A stretch of 64,000 nt of DNA from a virus: positions 1-64,000 of the IMG/VR virus record IMGVR_UViG_3300036771_000052. One strand, written 5' to 3'. The notes below the pieces were generated by a model that ran no database searches, was not told where the DNA came from, and saw nothing but the letters and a program-made list of their open reading frames with translations. The position numbers were made by a program, and so were the translations under genes. This document shows, in pieces, positions 48,671 to 58,637 of the stretch (position 1 is its first letter; every line of letters begins with the position of its first letter).

Positions 48671-49668
48671 TCTTCGATGAGTTGTGGCAGGAGATGCTGT
48701 CCCGGAGGGACCCTCAACACACCACTGAGTTCCTTGCTTCTCCTGGCTTGTATGGGATTGACACTTCGTCGTGGCAGGGGACGGTTCAGTGGTCGGCGGT
48801 CGCGGCGTCGGGTCACCAGCTGGTTTATGTGAAGGCTTCTGAGGGTGCGGGTTTGAGTTACCCGACGTTGGATGCGCAATATCGGGGAGCTGTGGCTGCG
48901 GGGATGAGTGTGGGGTTGTACCACTTCGCCAACCCCGCTTTGACCCCTGAGGCGAACGCTGACGCGTTCTCCACGCAAATCAACAGGTTGGGCGCCACGG
49001 TCAATCATTTGCCGCCAGCGCTCGACCTAGAGATTGGTTCTGGTGACTTGTCGGGGTGGTGTCAAGCGTTCATCGCTCGGCTTCGGCAGCAGATCAACTG
49101 GCAACCTGTGTGTGTCTATTCCGATGCGTCGTTCTTCAAAAACCAGATCGGCGAAGAATGGATGGACGACGATATTGTTTTGTGGATCGCATCATTCAAC
49201 AACAACCCCGGCCACCCGTCGTACATGTCTCCTCGGGTGGCGATCCATCAGTATTCCCAATCCGGGAATGTTCCTGGTGTGGCGGGTGATGTTGACTTGG
49301 ACTTTGCGATCTGGCCGCTCAACCAGCTTATCGGAGATGACGACTTGACCCCGCAAGAATCGCAGATGCTCACCGACATCCACCAAATGCTCCCCGTGAT
49401 CACCTGGCTATACGGCCAATTCGCCGGCCTCGGACCAGACGGCACACCCGCACCATTCCCCGACGTCCCAGGATGGGAAACCCTCCCCGGGGGAACAAAC
49501 CAACACTTGTCATTCCTGGACTACGCTCGACAAGCCAACGTACAGCTAGCCGGGTTGACACAGTCGGTACAAAACATTATTTCCACCTCTGGTGGGACGG
49601 TGGATGCGAAGGGTTTGGCAGATCAGATCGTCGCCGAATTTGTGAACAAAATCCACAACAATGTGTAA
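48667..49668 (+). CDS. Endolysin, GH25 muramidase
   Basis: YGIDTSSWQG, YVKASEG, GLYHF, ALDLE, HQYS...VDLD. Confidence 0.92.
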   Translation: MIFDELWQEMLSRRDPQHTTEFLASPGLYGIDTSSWQGTVQWSAVAASGHQLVYVKASEGAGLSYPTLDAQYRGAVAAGMSVGLYHFANPALTPEANADAFSTQINRLGATVNHLPPALDLEIGSGDLSGWCQAFIARLRQQINWQPVCVYSDASFFKNQIGEEWMDDDIVLWIASFNNNPGHPSYMSPRVAIHQYSQSGNVPGVAGDVDLDFAIWPLNQLIGDDDLTPQESQMLTDIHQMLPVITWLYGQFAGLGPDGTPAPFPDVPGWETLPGGTNQHLSFLDYARQANVQLAGLTQSVQNIISTSGGTVDAKGLADQIVAEFVNKIHNNV

Positions 49669-49942
49669 CCACATCCCTGAGGGGATGTGGGCCAGGATTT
49701 GGACATGGTTCCTCTCCGCCACGTTGGGGACTTTCGTCGCGGTGGAAACCGTCGCGTTAACCCTCGAAGGTTCCCCCGCCACCCTCTCCGCCTACATCCG
49801 AACAGTGGCGGGATCGGACCCACGCTGCCATCACGTCCACGCCGGACGCCTAGCGCTGCTGGTGATCTTCGGGTGGGCTACCGCTCATTTGGGTTGGGGT
49901 CTGTTCGGGTACGACCCGCATCATCGGAGGAACAGATGCTGA
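49661..49942 (+). CDS. Small membrane protein
   Basis: Two hydrophobic segments; TLSAYIR...WATAH. Confidence 0.6.
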   Translation: MCNHIPEGMWARIWTWFLSATLGTFVAVETVALTLEGSPATLSAYIRTVAGSDPRCHHVHAGRLALLVIFGWATAHLGWGLFGYDPHHRRNRC

Positions 49943-50331
49943 AAAAAATTTGGTCCGCTCTCTCGCGTGCGGTGACCCGTAACCCGGTGGTGATCTCGGG
50001 GGGGTTCGCGGCGCTGTTGCAGTTTGTGTCCACCCAGATTGTTCCGTTGACAGTGGACCAGCAGGGAACGCTCAACGCCGCCGTGGTGGCGTTGTTGGGG
50101 TTCATCGCCGCCGCCGCGGTGTCAGAGGAGAAAGCTGTTCCCGCGATCGCCGGACTCGTCCAAGCCGTCCTGGCTGTGGTCCTGGCGTTTGATGTTCACA
50201 TGTCTACGCAGTGGCAGACGGCGGTGATGGCGTTTGTTACGACGGGTGTGGCGATGTTTGTTCATACTCAGGTGACCGCTAGGGGTGGTCCGCCGAGGGG
50301 TCGACACGAGGTTAATTGGATGCGTGGGTAA
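49936..50331 (+). CDS. Holin
   Basis: GGAGG RBS; 4 TM segments; follows the endolysin; VHTQVT ending typical of actinophage holins. Confidence 0.75.
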   Translation: MLKKIWSALSRAVTRNPVVISGGFAALLQFVSTQIVPLTVDQQGTLNAAVVALLGFIAAAAVSEEKAVPAIAGLVQAVLAVVLAFDVHMSTQWQTAVMAFVTTGVAMFVHTQVTARGGPPRGRHEVNWMRG

Positions 50332-50388
50332 CCATCCTGAATGCCTGGTCGAAACCCCTCGAATTCGGGACGAAGGGTTTCCCAGGCG

Positions 50389-50435
50389 GGAACCCCCGGC
50401 GCCTAGAAGCCTTATGGCTCGACGCCGGGGGTTCC
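50389..50435. terminator. Terminator between convergent operons
   Basis: 13-bp stem GGAACCCCCGGCG/CGCCGGGGGTTCC. Confidence 0.7.
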
Positions 50436-50445
50436 ATTAAAATTT

Positions 50446-50694
50446 CTACTTACATTGGGTGATGGTGCCGGGGAACCCGAACCATCCGAAGACGATTGCG
50501 ATGGCGCTCCCGCAGGTTGCGGTCCCCACCCCGGATGAACCGGAACTTCCCGAAGACCCGGAAGAACCCCCGGAGCTTCCTCCCTTGCCTCCGGCTCCGC
50601 CGGGACTGGATGCCGCGGATGCGAGTCCGGGTGTGGCGGTGAGTGCGAGTGTGGCGATGACGGTGGCGATTAACGCGCGGGTGCTGCGCTTCAT
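50446..50694 (-). CDS. Small secreted Gly/Ser-rich protein
   Basis: GAGGAGG RBS; signal peptide ending ASA; TATAAT at 50778-50783 upstream. Confidence 0.65.
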   Translation of the reverse strand: MKRSTRALIATVIATLALTATPGLASAASSPGGAGGKGGSSGGSSGSSGSSGSSGVGTATCGSAIAIVFGWFGFPGTITQCK

Positions 50695-50789
50695 TGCTTT
50701 CCTCCTCAGTGGTGTGGCGTCTCAATGGTATCGGCCTTCGCCACAGCTCCCGGTGTGCCATTCGGGTGAGTGAGGGTATTATAACGTGG

Positions 50790-50915
50790 TCACTCGTCCT
50801 CTTCTCCCTCGCCTTGATCTTCCGTCTCATCTGTCTCTTGCTTTTTCTTCCACCATGCCAACGCGGCCACCGCAGCCAACACCGCAGCAATCGTTGTTTT
50901 AATTCGAGCGTTCAC
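50790..50915 (-). CDS. 41-aa single-TM peptide with acidic tail, not in the ORF track
   Basis: MNARIKTTIAAVLAAVAALAWWKKKQETDETEDQGEGEEDE. Confidence 0.55.
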   Translation of the reverse strand: MNARIKTTIAAVLAAVAALAWWKKKQETDETEDQGEGEEDE

Positions 50916-50935
50916 CTTGTGGTTTCCCTTCATGC

Positions 50936-50971
50936 GCGCCTCACCCTTCCGGGGTGGGGCGCTCTTTTTTT
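50936..50971 (+). terminator. Rho-independent terminator-like hairpin
   Basis: GCGCCTCACCC/GGGTGGGGCGC followed by a T-tract. Confidence 0.55.
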
Positions 50972-50995
50972 GTGCCTAAGAGCGGCCTCAGCGAG

Positions 50996-51158
50996 TGGCC
51001 AACATCAACATACCGTGTGGCCAAGATCAGATGGCCACCGGGGGTTGGCCGCTATAACGCGACCGTGGCCACCCCACGATGGCCACGGTCATGTGATAGC
51101 GGCCAACACTACCTTGACACGATGGCCACCCTATCCCCCACATAAACCTTCATGGCCA
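50996..51158. repeat. TGGCCA palindrome cluster
   Basis: Seven TGGCCA (50996, 51018, 51032, 51066, 51080, 51123, 51153) plus two near matches in 163 bp. Confidence 0.85.
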
Positions 51159-51333
51159 CCTGTTCCGGCCGCATCCCACCACCCATCGCATCTGCGATCG
51201 CAACCTTGGCCGCCTCCTCAACCTCATCCCATAGCTTGGTCTGTGTCACCAGGTCCAACACCGGGACCCGGATCATCCACCAGCCGTCTTCCTCGAACGC
51301 CTCGACCTTGAAGTGGATGAACGGCTCGGTCAT
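51109..51333 (-). CDS. HicB-like (RNase H-fold) protein, orphan
   Basis: EEDGWWMIRVPVLDLVTQTKLWDEVEEAAKVAIA. Confidence 0.7.
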   Translation of the reverse strand: MTEPFIHFKVEAFEEDGWWMIRVPVLDLVTQTKLWDEVEEAAKVAIADAMGGGMRPEQVAMKVYVGDRVAIVSR

Positions 51334-51352
51334 ACGTGCTCCTGAAGAGAGG

Positions 51353-51385
51353 GACCCCCCGCCACGTATCCTGTGACGGGGGGTC
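51353..51385 (-). terminator. Hairpin closing the structured RNA region
   Basis: GACCCCCCGTCAC/GTGGCGGGGGGTC on the minus strand. Confidence 0.6.
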
Positions 51386-51484
51386 ATATTTGGACTCGGC
51401 AGCGAGTCGATTTAACATGCGGTGCTGCCATTCCGATGTAACTGCGGAGAATCGCCACCACTGTTCACAACAGGTCAGCATGTA

Positions 51485-51565
51485 ATGTCAGCGCGTGTTG
51501 CCATTGCACCACGGGACCATGTGGAGGTCCCGCCGGGGGTCGAACCCGGAATCTCGCTTAGACAT
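51485..51565 (-). ncRNA. Circularly permuted tRNA-like domain B (YrlA-like topology)
   Basis: 5'-T arm CCGGG-TTCGACC-CCCGG, CGGGACC-T-CCA, 3-nt linker, GGTCCCG, D arm GTGCAATGGCAACAC-3'; no anticodon loop. Confidence 0.85.
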
Positions 51566-51640
51566 AGCCTGTCGTACTCAGATGCGGCGGATGCAGTTGT
51601 CGAGAATCTTAGAGCGTTCCTGAAGAATCTCGGGTTCCTC

Positions 51641-51748
51641 GCCTGCGTCTCTACCAGTTGGACTACCATGGCTTGTGAAGTGTTTCTTTGAGTTCCATCA
51701 CGAGTGATGGAGTGCCACGGGTAGGTCTCGAACCTACACTGTACAGAC
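51641..51748 (-). ncRNA. Circularly permuted tRNA-like domain A (YrlA-like topology)
   Basis: 5'-GTCTG, T arm GTAGG-TTCGAGA-CCTAC, CCGTGGC-A, 40-nt linker, GCCATGG, D arm GTCCAACTGGTAGAGAC, CAGGC-3'. Confidence 0.85.
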
Positions 51749-51814
51749 TCGGTACTGCTTTTTCTGGAGGATTTTCATCTTGCGCTCTTGCGCAGTACCG
51801 AGTCTAACACAGTC

Positions 51815-52570
51815 CTAGCCGAAAATGTAGTTCAGAACCTTCTCACCGATCACCTGTTCGGGTGATTCGATGCGCTTCGCTTCCTCCTTCGCCGCATGGA
51901 CAGCGTTCTTCAGCTTCGTGATACGAGTGAGAATCTGCTCCCGCTCCGAAACAGGCATCGCACCGCTGAACTTCACCCGAGTCCATTTGCCTTCAACGAC
52001 GACTTCCTGGATGGTGACGAACTGTCCGGGTTGTTTATCCGTCGGCTGGAACACGGTGACCACTTTCGGCTGTTGCGTCTGCCGCAAAGTAACCACCGGC
52101 TTCGACTTGTACACCCCCCGGCCGGAATCCTCCAACGTCCACTCGGTAGACGCCGAAAGCGTGGGGATGCGGGTGGCGAACGCTCGCAAATCGTCGAGCC
52201 TCTTATCCAGCCACAACAGATACGGCACCGGCGCGGCCTTGATGAGAGTCACCTCACCCACCACCACATCAGCCTGCGCTTTACCTGATGAGTTGGTGAA
52301 ATCTCTAGCCGCGGTGACGTCGAACAGTTCCGCCAACTGCTCCCTGGTGGCGTCGATCATCTCCTTCACTGTGGACTGGACTCGTTGTTCCTCAGGTACG
52401 AGTTCGAGTCCACCTTCCGCCGCCGGGGTGTACTCGCCGCGCATACCTTCCATCAATGCGGTCGGCTTGTCCAGCGCGTGATACCTTTCGGTCAAGCTCC
52501 GCATAACGGTTTTGCGGAGCTCACCTTCCTTCCCGACGATCGCGCCGAGAGTTTTCGGTTTCCCTGCCAT
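51815..52570 (-). CDS. Conserved coiled-coil protein (recalled as DUF7873-like)
   Basis: APVPYLLWLDKRL...IPTL...FSGAMP...LKNAVHAAKEEA...GEKVLNYIFG; family name from memory only. Confidence 0.7.
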   Translation of the reverse strand: MAGKPKTLGAIVGKEGELRKTVMRSLTERYHALDKPTALMEGMRGEYTPAAEGGLELVPEEQRVQSTVKEMIDATREQLAELFDVTAARDFTNSSGKAQADVVVGEVTLIKAAPVPYLLWLDKRLDDLRAFATRIPTLSASTEWTLEDSGRGVYKSKPVVTLRQTQQPKVVTVFQPTDKQPGQFVTIQEVVVEGKWTRVKFSGAMPVSEREQILTRITKLKNAVHAAKEEAKRIESPEQVIGEKVLNYIFG

Positions 52571-52847
52571 CTGTGTTCCTTAATCTTGATCTTGAAGGGG
52601 GGGTCGGCGGCGGCAGCAGGACTAAGCTCGCCGGATCAACGGGAACGGGTCATGGCCAGCCTTTACCCCCGAAGGAATAGCGGAAAAGGAGGTTTTGACG
52701 TCCGCCGCCGAAGTCTTGGTACCTACACAGCACACATGTACGATGCATACATGGGTGAAGACATGTCACACCTCGACGGTTACCCGGAGGTGTTTGTCCG
52801 CGCGCTCGAACAATGCCTAAACGTCCAAGCGGGACTAGATGCGGTGC

Positions 52848-53531
52848 TTAACGCCGCGAAAACACATACAACCGATCATGCATCCCCGACCACTGAGGAA
52901 TCTCCACACCCGCAACCTCCTCAAACAGAGGTTCCTTAGGACAATCACACGCTCCATCATGCCAACACGCGCCGGTCCCTAACAGAACATGCATCTTCGG
53001 ATCACCAGTACACCCCATACAACCTTCGCCAACATAAATGATCGTGTCACCGTCATACAGCTCCACCGTTTCATGTGGCCAATCCGCGTAGTGTTCCGGC
53101 CAACACATAAACAGTGTTCGTTCTCCCTTCCCCACCACATTGGTATGGTCGCCGGTGATGACTTCGGTGAAGGTTTCCTCGCGGAGGGTCCAGTCGGAGC
53201 CGGGTGGCGGGTTGATGTCATACGCCACCACATCCAACCCCCGCTCTCGGAGAAGAGAGGTCCAGTAGCCGGCTCCGGCGCCGATCTCGATCAAACCATT
53301 CGGGGAGTACTTGATGATCGTGTCCAAAGCTTCATCGTTGGGGATGGCCCACGACCATTGTTTCCGCATGCTCTGATAGTTGGCTTCCCCTTTAGACACG
53401 CATTCGTAACAGTATTCCTCGGGTGCTTTGAGGAGTCGTGTCATGACGGGGATGTGTTCCTTCTGATGCTCAAACATTTCTTGATAAGCATCGAGGTACG
53501 GATTCTTGGTTGCTACCGCTGTGTCAGTCAT
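52848..53531 (-). CDS. SAM-dependent methyltransferase-like protein
   Basis: IEIGAGAGYW, DVVAYD, LFMCWP, IIYVGE. Confidence 0.8.
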   Translation of the reverse strand: MTDTAVATKNPYLDAYQEMFEHQKEHIPVMTRLLKAPEEYCYECVSKGEANYQSMRKQWSWAIPNDEALDTIIKYSPNGLIEIGAGAGYWTSLLRERGLDVVAYDINPPPGSDWTLREETFTEVITGDHTNVVGKGERTLFMCWPEHYADWPHETVELYDGDTIIYVGEGCMGCTGDPKMHVLLGTGACWHDGACDCPKEPLFEEVAGVEIPQWSGMHDRLYVFSRR

Positions 53532-54385
53532 TCCTCACCTGTGTAGTGGACGACTTGGATCGCGCCGACTGTGTTGTTGAGGGTCAGCGTGGTGTATTTC
53601 CCGGCGGAAAAAATGTACAAAACGTTATGGCCAGTGTGGTCACCAGTATTATCGAACACAAGATTGCAACCCTGGGGGACAATAATATCTAGAGCGTCTT
53701 CGTTGTAGAGGGGACGCAGCCGCAGATAAGAATATTTAGGGGTCCAGTAGTTTCGGGGTTTCCCGGGGTCCCTTCGGGAGGGAACCCCCCCGCTGTGAAG
53801 GAACCCTTGGAACCAACGATGGTATTCGGCTTCGGTTGCGGGTCGGAGCTGTTCCAACACGTACGCTTTGTCGCGTATGGCGGTTTCTTCCCGTACTGCT
53901 TCTAACTCTAGTTTGGCGCGTTCTTTAGCTTCTTGTTCTGTTTTCTCTTTGGCGTCATGAGCTAGACGAAGCTGTTCTCTTTGTTCTCTGTTCCACCGTT
54001 CCCTCTCTTCCGCTCTCTTAACGGACCGCTGTTGGTCTTCCCACCTGCGTATCCATTCTTGTTCGAAATTCCACCGTTTGTTCTTCTCCATGTGAACAAC
54101 GAACATGGTAGCCGCGGCGGTGAAGAGTACCCAGATGAGGAGCGCCCACCACGCGAAGCCGTTGATCACCACACCGGGAATGCAAGCCAGGAACGTTGGT
54201 GATACCACCAAAGCTCCTCGACGTATCGTCGCGGTTTTTGATAGTCGCGGCGGCCACACCACCGGCGGCGGAACAGGTTTTGCTTCTTCTATCCCGGCGA
54301 GACGGTTCCACCGTTCTAGATCCTTTTTGTCATCGTCGGTCAGAAATTTCCGCGGGTCGTCCTCTCTGTACCCCAGCTCCGCCAT
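53528..54385 (-). CDS. Two-TM + coiled-coil hypothetical protein
   Basis: Two TM segments followed by an Arg/Glu-rich coil. Confidence 0.65.
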   Translation of the reverse strand: MAELGYREDDPRKFLTDDDKKDLERWNRLAGIEEAKPVPPPVVWPPRLSKTATIRRGALVVSPTFLACIPGVVINGFAWWALLIWVLFTAAATMFVVHMEKNKRWNFEQEWIRRWEDQQRSVKRAEERERWNREQREQLRLAHDAKEKTEQEAKERAKLELEAVREETAIRDKAYVLEQLRPATEAEYHRWFQGFLHSGGVPSRRDPGKPRNYWTPKYSYLRLRPLYNEDALDIIVPQGCNLVFDNTGDHTGHNVLYIFSAGKYTTLTLNNTVGAIQVVHYTGEE

Positions 54386-54386
54386 T

Positions 54387-54638
54387 TCATTTGCCTTTAC
54401 AACTCGGGTCCTGCGGGATCACCTTCAGACCACCATTATCCCATCCGCCGTTAGGGACACTGTAGAGACGGTTTCCATGGTCGCATGCCGTGGTTACGTT
54501 CTCCATGCCGGGGAGCGCGTTCGGGTTCAACTGAATGTACTTCGGTGTGTATGTGGCGTCGCAGCCGACGAGACAAAGCGTCACCAACACACCCATGGCA
54601 AGAATGAAAACATTCATCATCCGTCTGGCCACTTCCAC
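54387..54638 (-). CDS. Putative lipoprotein (start uncertain)
   Basis: LVGC lipobox; CDHGNRLY...DPSC. Confidence 0.6.
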   Translation of the reverse strand: MEVARRMMNVFILAMGVLVTLCLVGCDATYTPKYIQLNPNALPGMENVTTACDHGNRLYSVPNGGWDNGGLKVIPQDPSCKGK

Positions 54639-57600
54639 TCACCGAGAGGTATCTGAGCGGCTTTCTCACACGCCTCCGACAAACTCCACGCACGAACGGT
54701 TATCTGAAACGGGTCGGACACTTCGCTAGAGTCCTGTGACGGTTCTCCGGGTACTCTCGCGTAGCTCGCTTGGAGCGTCACGGAGAAGTGGAATTGATGT
54801 CCATCCTCCGGACTCTCGTTCTGGTCTTCTAAAGCTTGGCGTTCCGCGGTGACGCGGGGAAGTCGGCGATCGACAGGACCGGCGCGACGCCGCAACTCCT
54901 GAATCGCGCGAACCTTCTCCTTATCACTCATGACTTGGCCGCTACCTCTTCATCGTGAATTTCTTGAGCTATAGACAAGACTGTCTTCGCGCAGGTCGCT
55001 TGGACTTCTTCCGGCATCTCCGCAAAATGATCCGCAGCGATGAATTCTTTAATCACGTACGTAGTCCAGCTTGGATAGTCGAGTGCCTCCCAAGCGCGAC
55101 CTCGATACGCCTTCCTCATCTGTTCTTTCATGAGACCAAGTGAGTTTTGGATATGCTCCACTCTGGCTAGTGCTAGCGCTTCTTTGTACCTGTCACTTGA
55201 CATGACCGAGCAGTCTCCCGAGTTCCTCGTTTGGACATATTTCGCCGGGGTCCAAAACAAAACTGTGTTCCTGACAGTTACCATGATGATCGAATGCACA
55301 CGGATTGGGATCGTAGAAGAGCTCTATAAACTCCGAGGGGACGGTGATGTACGCTGTACCAGCAGTGCTGTGTGTCTTGATCGTGATGTGGTCAGGCATC
55401 CCGCGCGTCCCTCCTCGCTTTCATTCGCAAACCATCCTCTACTGTGAATCCATTCACTGTCACATTCGGCGCGTACCTCTTAGCGATCTCAATTGCCTCA
55501 TCAAGCGTGAACTGTCGAGCTTCCCGCCACGACGGTGACCGCGACCACGGCTTAGCTTCTAGACACCACTTGCCGTGACGGTCAAGCGTATCCGAGGGAT
55601 TGAAACCGTCGGTGACGGAGTACCAGTCCGCTCCGTCACGGTGGCCTCGGAATTCCACGTAGATGGTGAAATGGAAATCTCCGGGAACACAAGACACCGC
55701 TACCCGCATGACCCGAACTGTCGGTTCAGGTATCTCCACTTCGGATGTCATCTTTAGCTTTCCGTCTCTCCCGGCGATTTGTTCGACGTTTAGCTTTCCT
55801 ACCACTGCGGATCACCGCGACAGCGTCGGAATGTTTGGAGAACAGAGCCGCTAATTCTTGTATCCAGTTCATGCGGCGTTTTCCAGCGCCGCTCGACAGA
55901 GCTCGGGGGTGTGGGTTTGTGTCGTCACATGCCACCCACGCTTACCGTTCTGCATCCCGGGGGAAATCATCTCAACCTCATCGAGACAATATTGATATTG
56001 TTCATCGATGAGACCCACAACTTTCGTCCCACACCGGTCACACGGTCCATAGGGTTGGACCACGGTCCCGGAGGAGCCGTCTACTTGTTCCACGGTGCGC
56101 CCGGCGGCGAAGAACGCTTTTACGGACGCTTCGAACAGTTCCTTGTCATCCATGAGGTGTCTCTTCTTTGGTCACTGTTATCGGAATCTTTCTGTCGAAA
56201 GCGAGGAGATCGTCCACCGCTTGACACACCGATCGCAGGTATGTGACGAACTCTTGTAAGTTGACGTGGAGACGTTCGTTCTCTACACGCATCCGAGTGA
56301 CTTTCTCAACGATCTGATCCACACCGTATGGTGCGGGTACTCCAGCGGCGGTTGCGATCTTAACTTGCGCTTCACCCATGCGTTCGTTGGCGTCTACGAG
56401 GTTCGTGACGAACTCGTTGTCGTTGTGAGGTTGTTGCTTCCAATCTGCGACTGGACTAGTCATGCGGCCACACCTTCCGCAAATTACCCCGGTACGCCAC
56501 GTACAGGGTGAAATGGTATTCCCCGGGGATACAGGACACCGCAACTCGCATCGTCCGAACGGTCGGTTCAGGTATCTCCACAGTCCGACTCCCGAACTTC
56601 TTCCCATCTCGATCGAAGGAGCCGAGCTCCCTCTGATTTCAACCGGTCATACAGCGCGACCGCTTCCACCTCGTGGTTGCAACGCCACACCTTCCCATCA
56701 TGAAGTACCCCCCAAATGGGGGGACCGTCCTCGTCTATCTCATGCATTTCCACGACAGCTTTGAGGTCATCAGCGCAGCCGTAGAACGCTTTCTGCGACA
56801 AGCCGGTAGTCCGTCTCCCGTACTTGTACCAATTCTGGTAGGTTTCGCGGAGATGCTCGATCAGCGGTATCGACTCAGCCACTGTGTGGCTCCCCGACGA
56901 CGGGTTTCGACACCCCAAGGTCCGCCGCCAATATCCTCACCAGACGTTCCGTCAGCTCCGGCTGATCAAACCCCGCGTCCCGGAGAATGGTCAGCGCGGT
57001 ACGTGTCGCGCGCCACAGAGGATCACTATCGTCGTACTCCGGGAACGCCACCGCCGGGGGGTCATGCGCTGTCACATGGTTAATAAGGTCAGTCGACCAA
57101 CCCTCCTCGTCTTCTTTGTGGAAGTGGCCGTGACCTTGCCAAAAGTATTGGTACTCCCCCGGAATCTCCCACTTATGGTCACAGGCGCTGCACTTGTACA
57201 CCGCGACATGCCGGCTTCCACACACGAGACAGTCAAGGTCGTCGCATCGATCCGGAGTCCGTGTGGCTTCGCCGCGGATACGGATATTTCCCCCGGCGAA
57301 AGCGATACGGCGCGGCTCCCGCGGATCGTGAAGATACACCGCATCCTCCGGCAGCGTGGACAACTCGGAATCCATGTCGGCGCCAGTGTCGAACAGTTTC
57401 ACCGTGTCGTAGCATCCACCATAACGGTGCGCGACGATCCACGCTTCCGCGCTCTCCGACCACCAAATCGGCGGCATCCTCGTCATCCCAACTCCATTAC
57501 GCCAGAGACCATGAGCCTCAGGTAGCTGTCGTCCGATATCCCACTGGACCGTATCCGGCAACCCGGCCGCCACACGATCCCGTTCGGAACAATCACGTCC

Positions 57601-58415
57601 CACAGATGTTTACCATCGTGGAACCCTAAGTAGCGGCAATCGACCGGTATAACAGTGTTATCTTCAAGTATGAGACGGACGTTCTTCGGTGGCTCAGGGA
57701 GAGAGGTCAGTTCTTCAATGTCTGCGGCACCGGTCAGCATCTTGCGGATACGCGTAAATATTAGCGACCCAGCTCCCCGCATGACTCTCCTTAAACAACA
57801 CCAAATGTCCGATCGGGATGAAGCTGTATGGTCTTCCTGTCATGAACTCCCAGCTGATATCGATGGTCCGCCGAAGATCGTCAGCGTTCTTCCAACCCCG
57901 AATGTGGAAGAACTTCTCCGGGTCCGACGTCGACACCAGACATGCGGCAGTCTCCGTCATCACCCAAAGCAGAGCCTCCCGCGGATCGGTACACGCTTCA
58001 CCGCGCGCTACCCGATCCGCGATCTCCTCACCGACGAACTGGTTTTCCTTCAATGTCAACTTTCGGTCCCACCGGGTCAGATGCCAGTGGGTGATCCCCA
58101 AGCTTCGCCACACCTCGCTGTCGCGGAGCGTGGGGATGTACTCCTCCGGGACTGTCAACAACTCACTGAAGTCGGTCACCCTGCTTGCTCGACCCGCTCC
58201 ATCTCAACCGAACTACCACCTGGCGGCTCTTCGGTGTGAAGCCGAACCAGCTCCCGTAGGAACAGTTTCCCTATCCAGCGGACGTGGCTGAGCTTTCGGC
58301 TGTCGTGTCCTCCCGCTCGCGCCTCGATGGCGCGTACGGCGATGTCCAGCTTGGTGTTGTATTCGTGTACGTCGTCGACCAGCTGGTGACCCAGTCTGGT
58401 GAGCTCCTCGTCCAT
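54617..58415 (-). other. Cluster of ~12 small co-oriented hypothetical ORFs
   Basis: Overlapping chain including 54617-54931, 55193-55399, 55869-56153, 57483-57782, 57715-58179, 58176-58415; downstream of the promoter at 58443-58472. Confidence 0.7.
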
Positions 58416-58442
58416 CAGGTTCCTCTCCCCGTTGTGTTGGCG

Positions 58443-58491
58443 ACGCTACTCCCGGGTGGCAAAACCTGTCAACTCAGGGGTGGCATCTTTT
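58443..58491 (-). promoter_or_regulatory. Leftward sigma-A-type promoter with conserved upstream box
   Basis: TTGACA-18 nt-TAGCGT; 25-bp box 22/25 identical to 61311-61335. Confidence 0.8.
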
Positions 58492-58637
58492 GCCGATTCC
58501 CGCCAACGGTGCCACCTGGCCGACGCCGACCCAAAGGGTCGAGGGTACTCGAACCAGAACAAGATCAAAGATGCGTAGGGGAGCGTGATCCTCAGCAGTC
58601 CTATGTGGACTGCGGTCTGTCCTTAGTGGACGGCTTC

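Noticed and set aside
51522-51672. A conventional tRNA with an intron, made from the 5' half of A and the 3' half of B
   Set aside because: GCCATGG does not pair with CGGGACC; each 5' half pairs only with the 3' half upstream of it, and no anticodon loop is present
51422-51691. Short ORFs on both strands over the tRNA-like region
   Set aside because: No RBS or recognisable motif; the sequence is better explained by RNA structure
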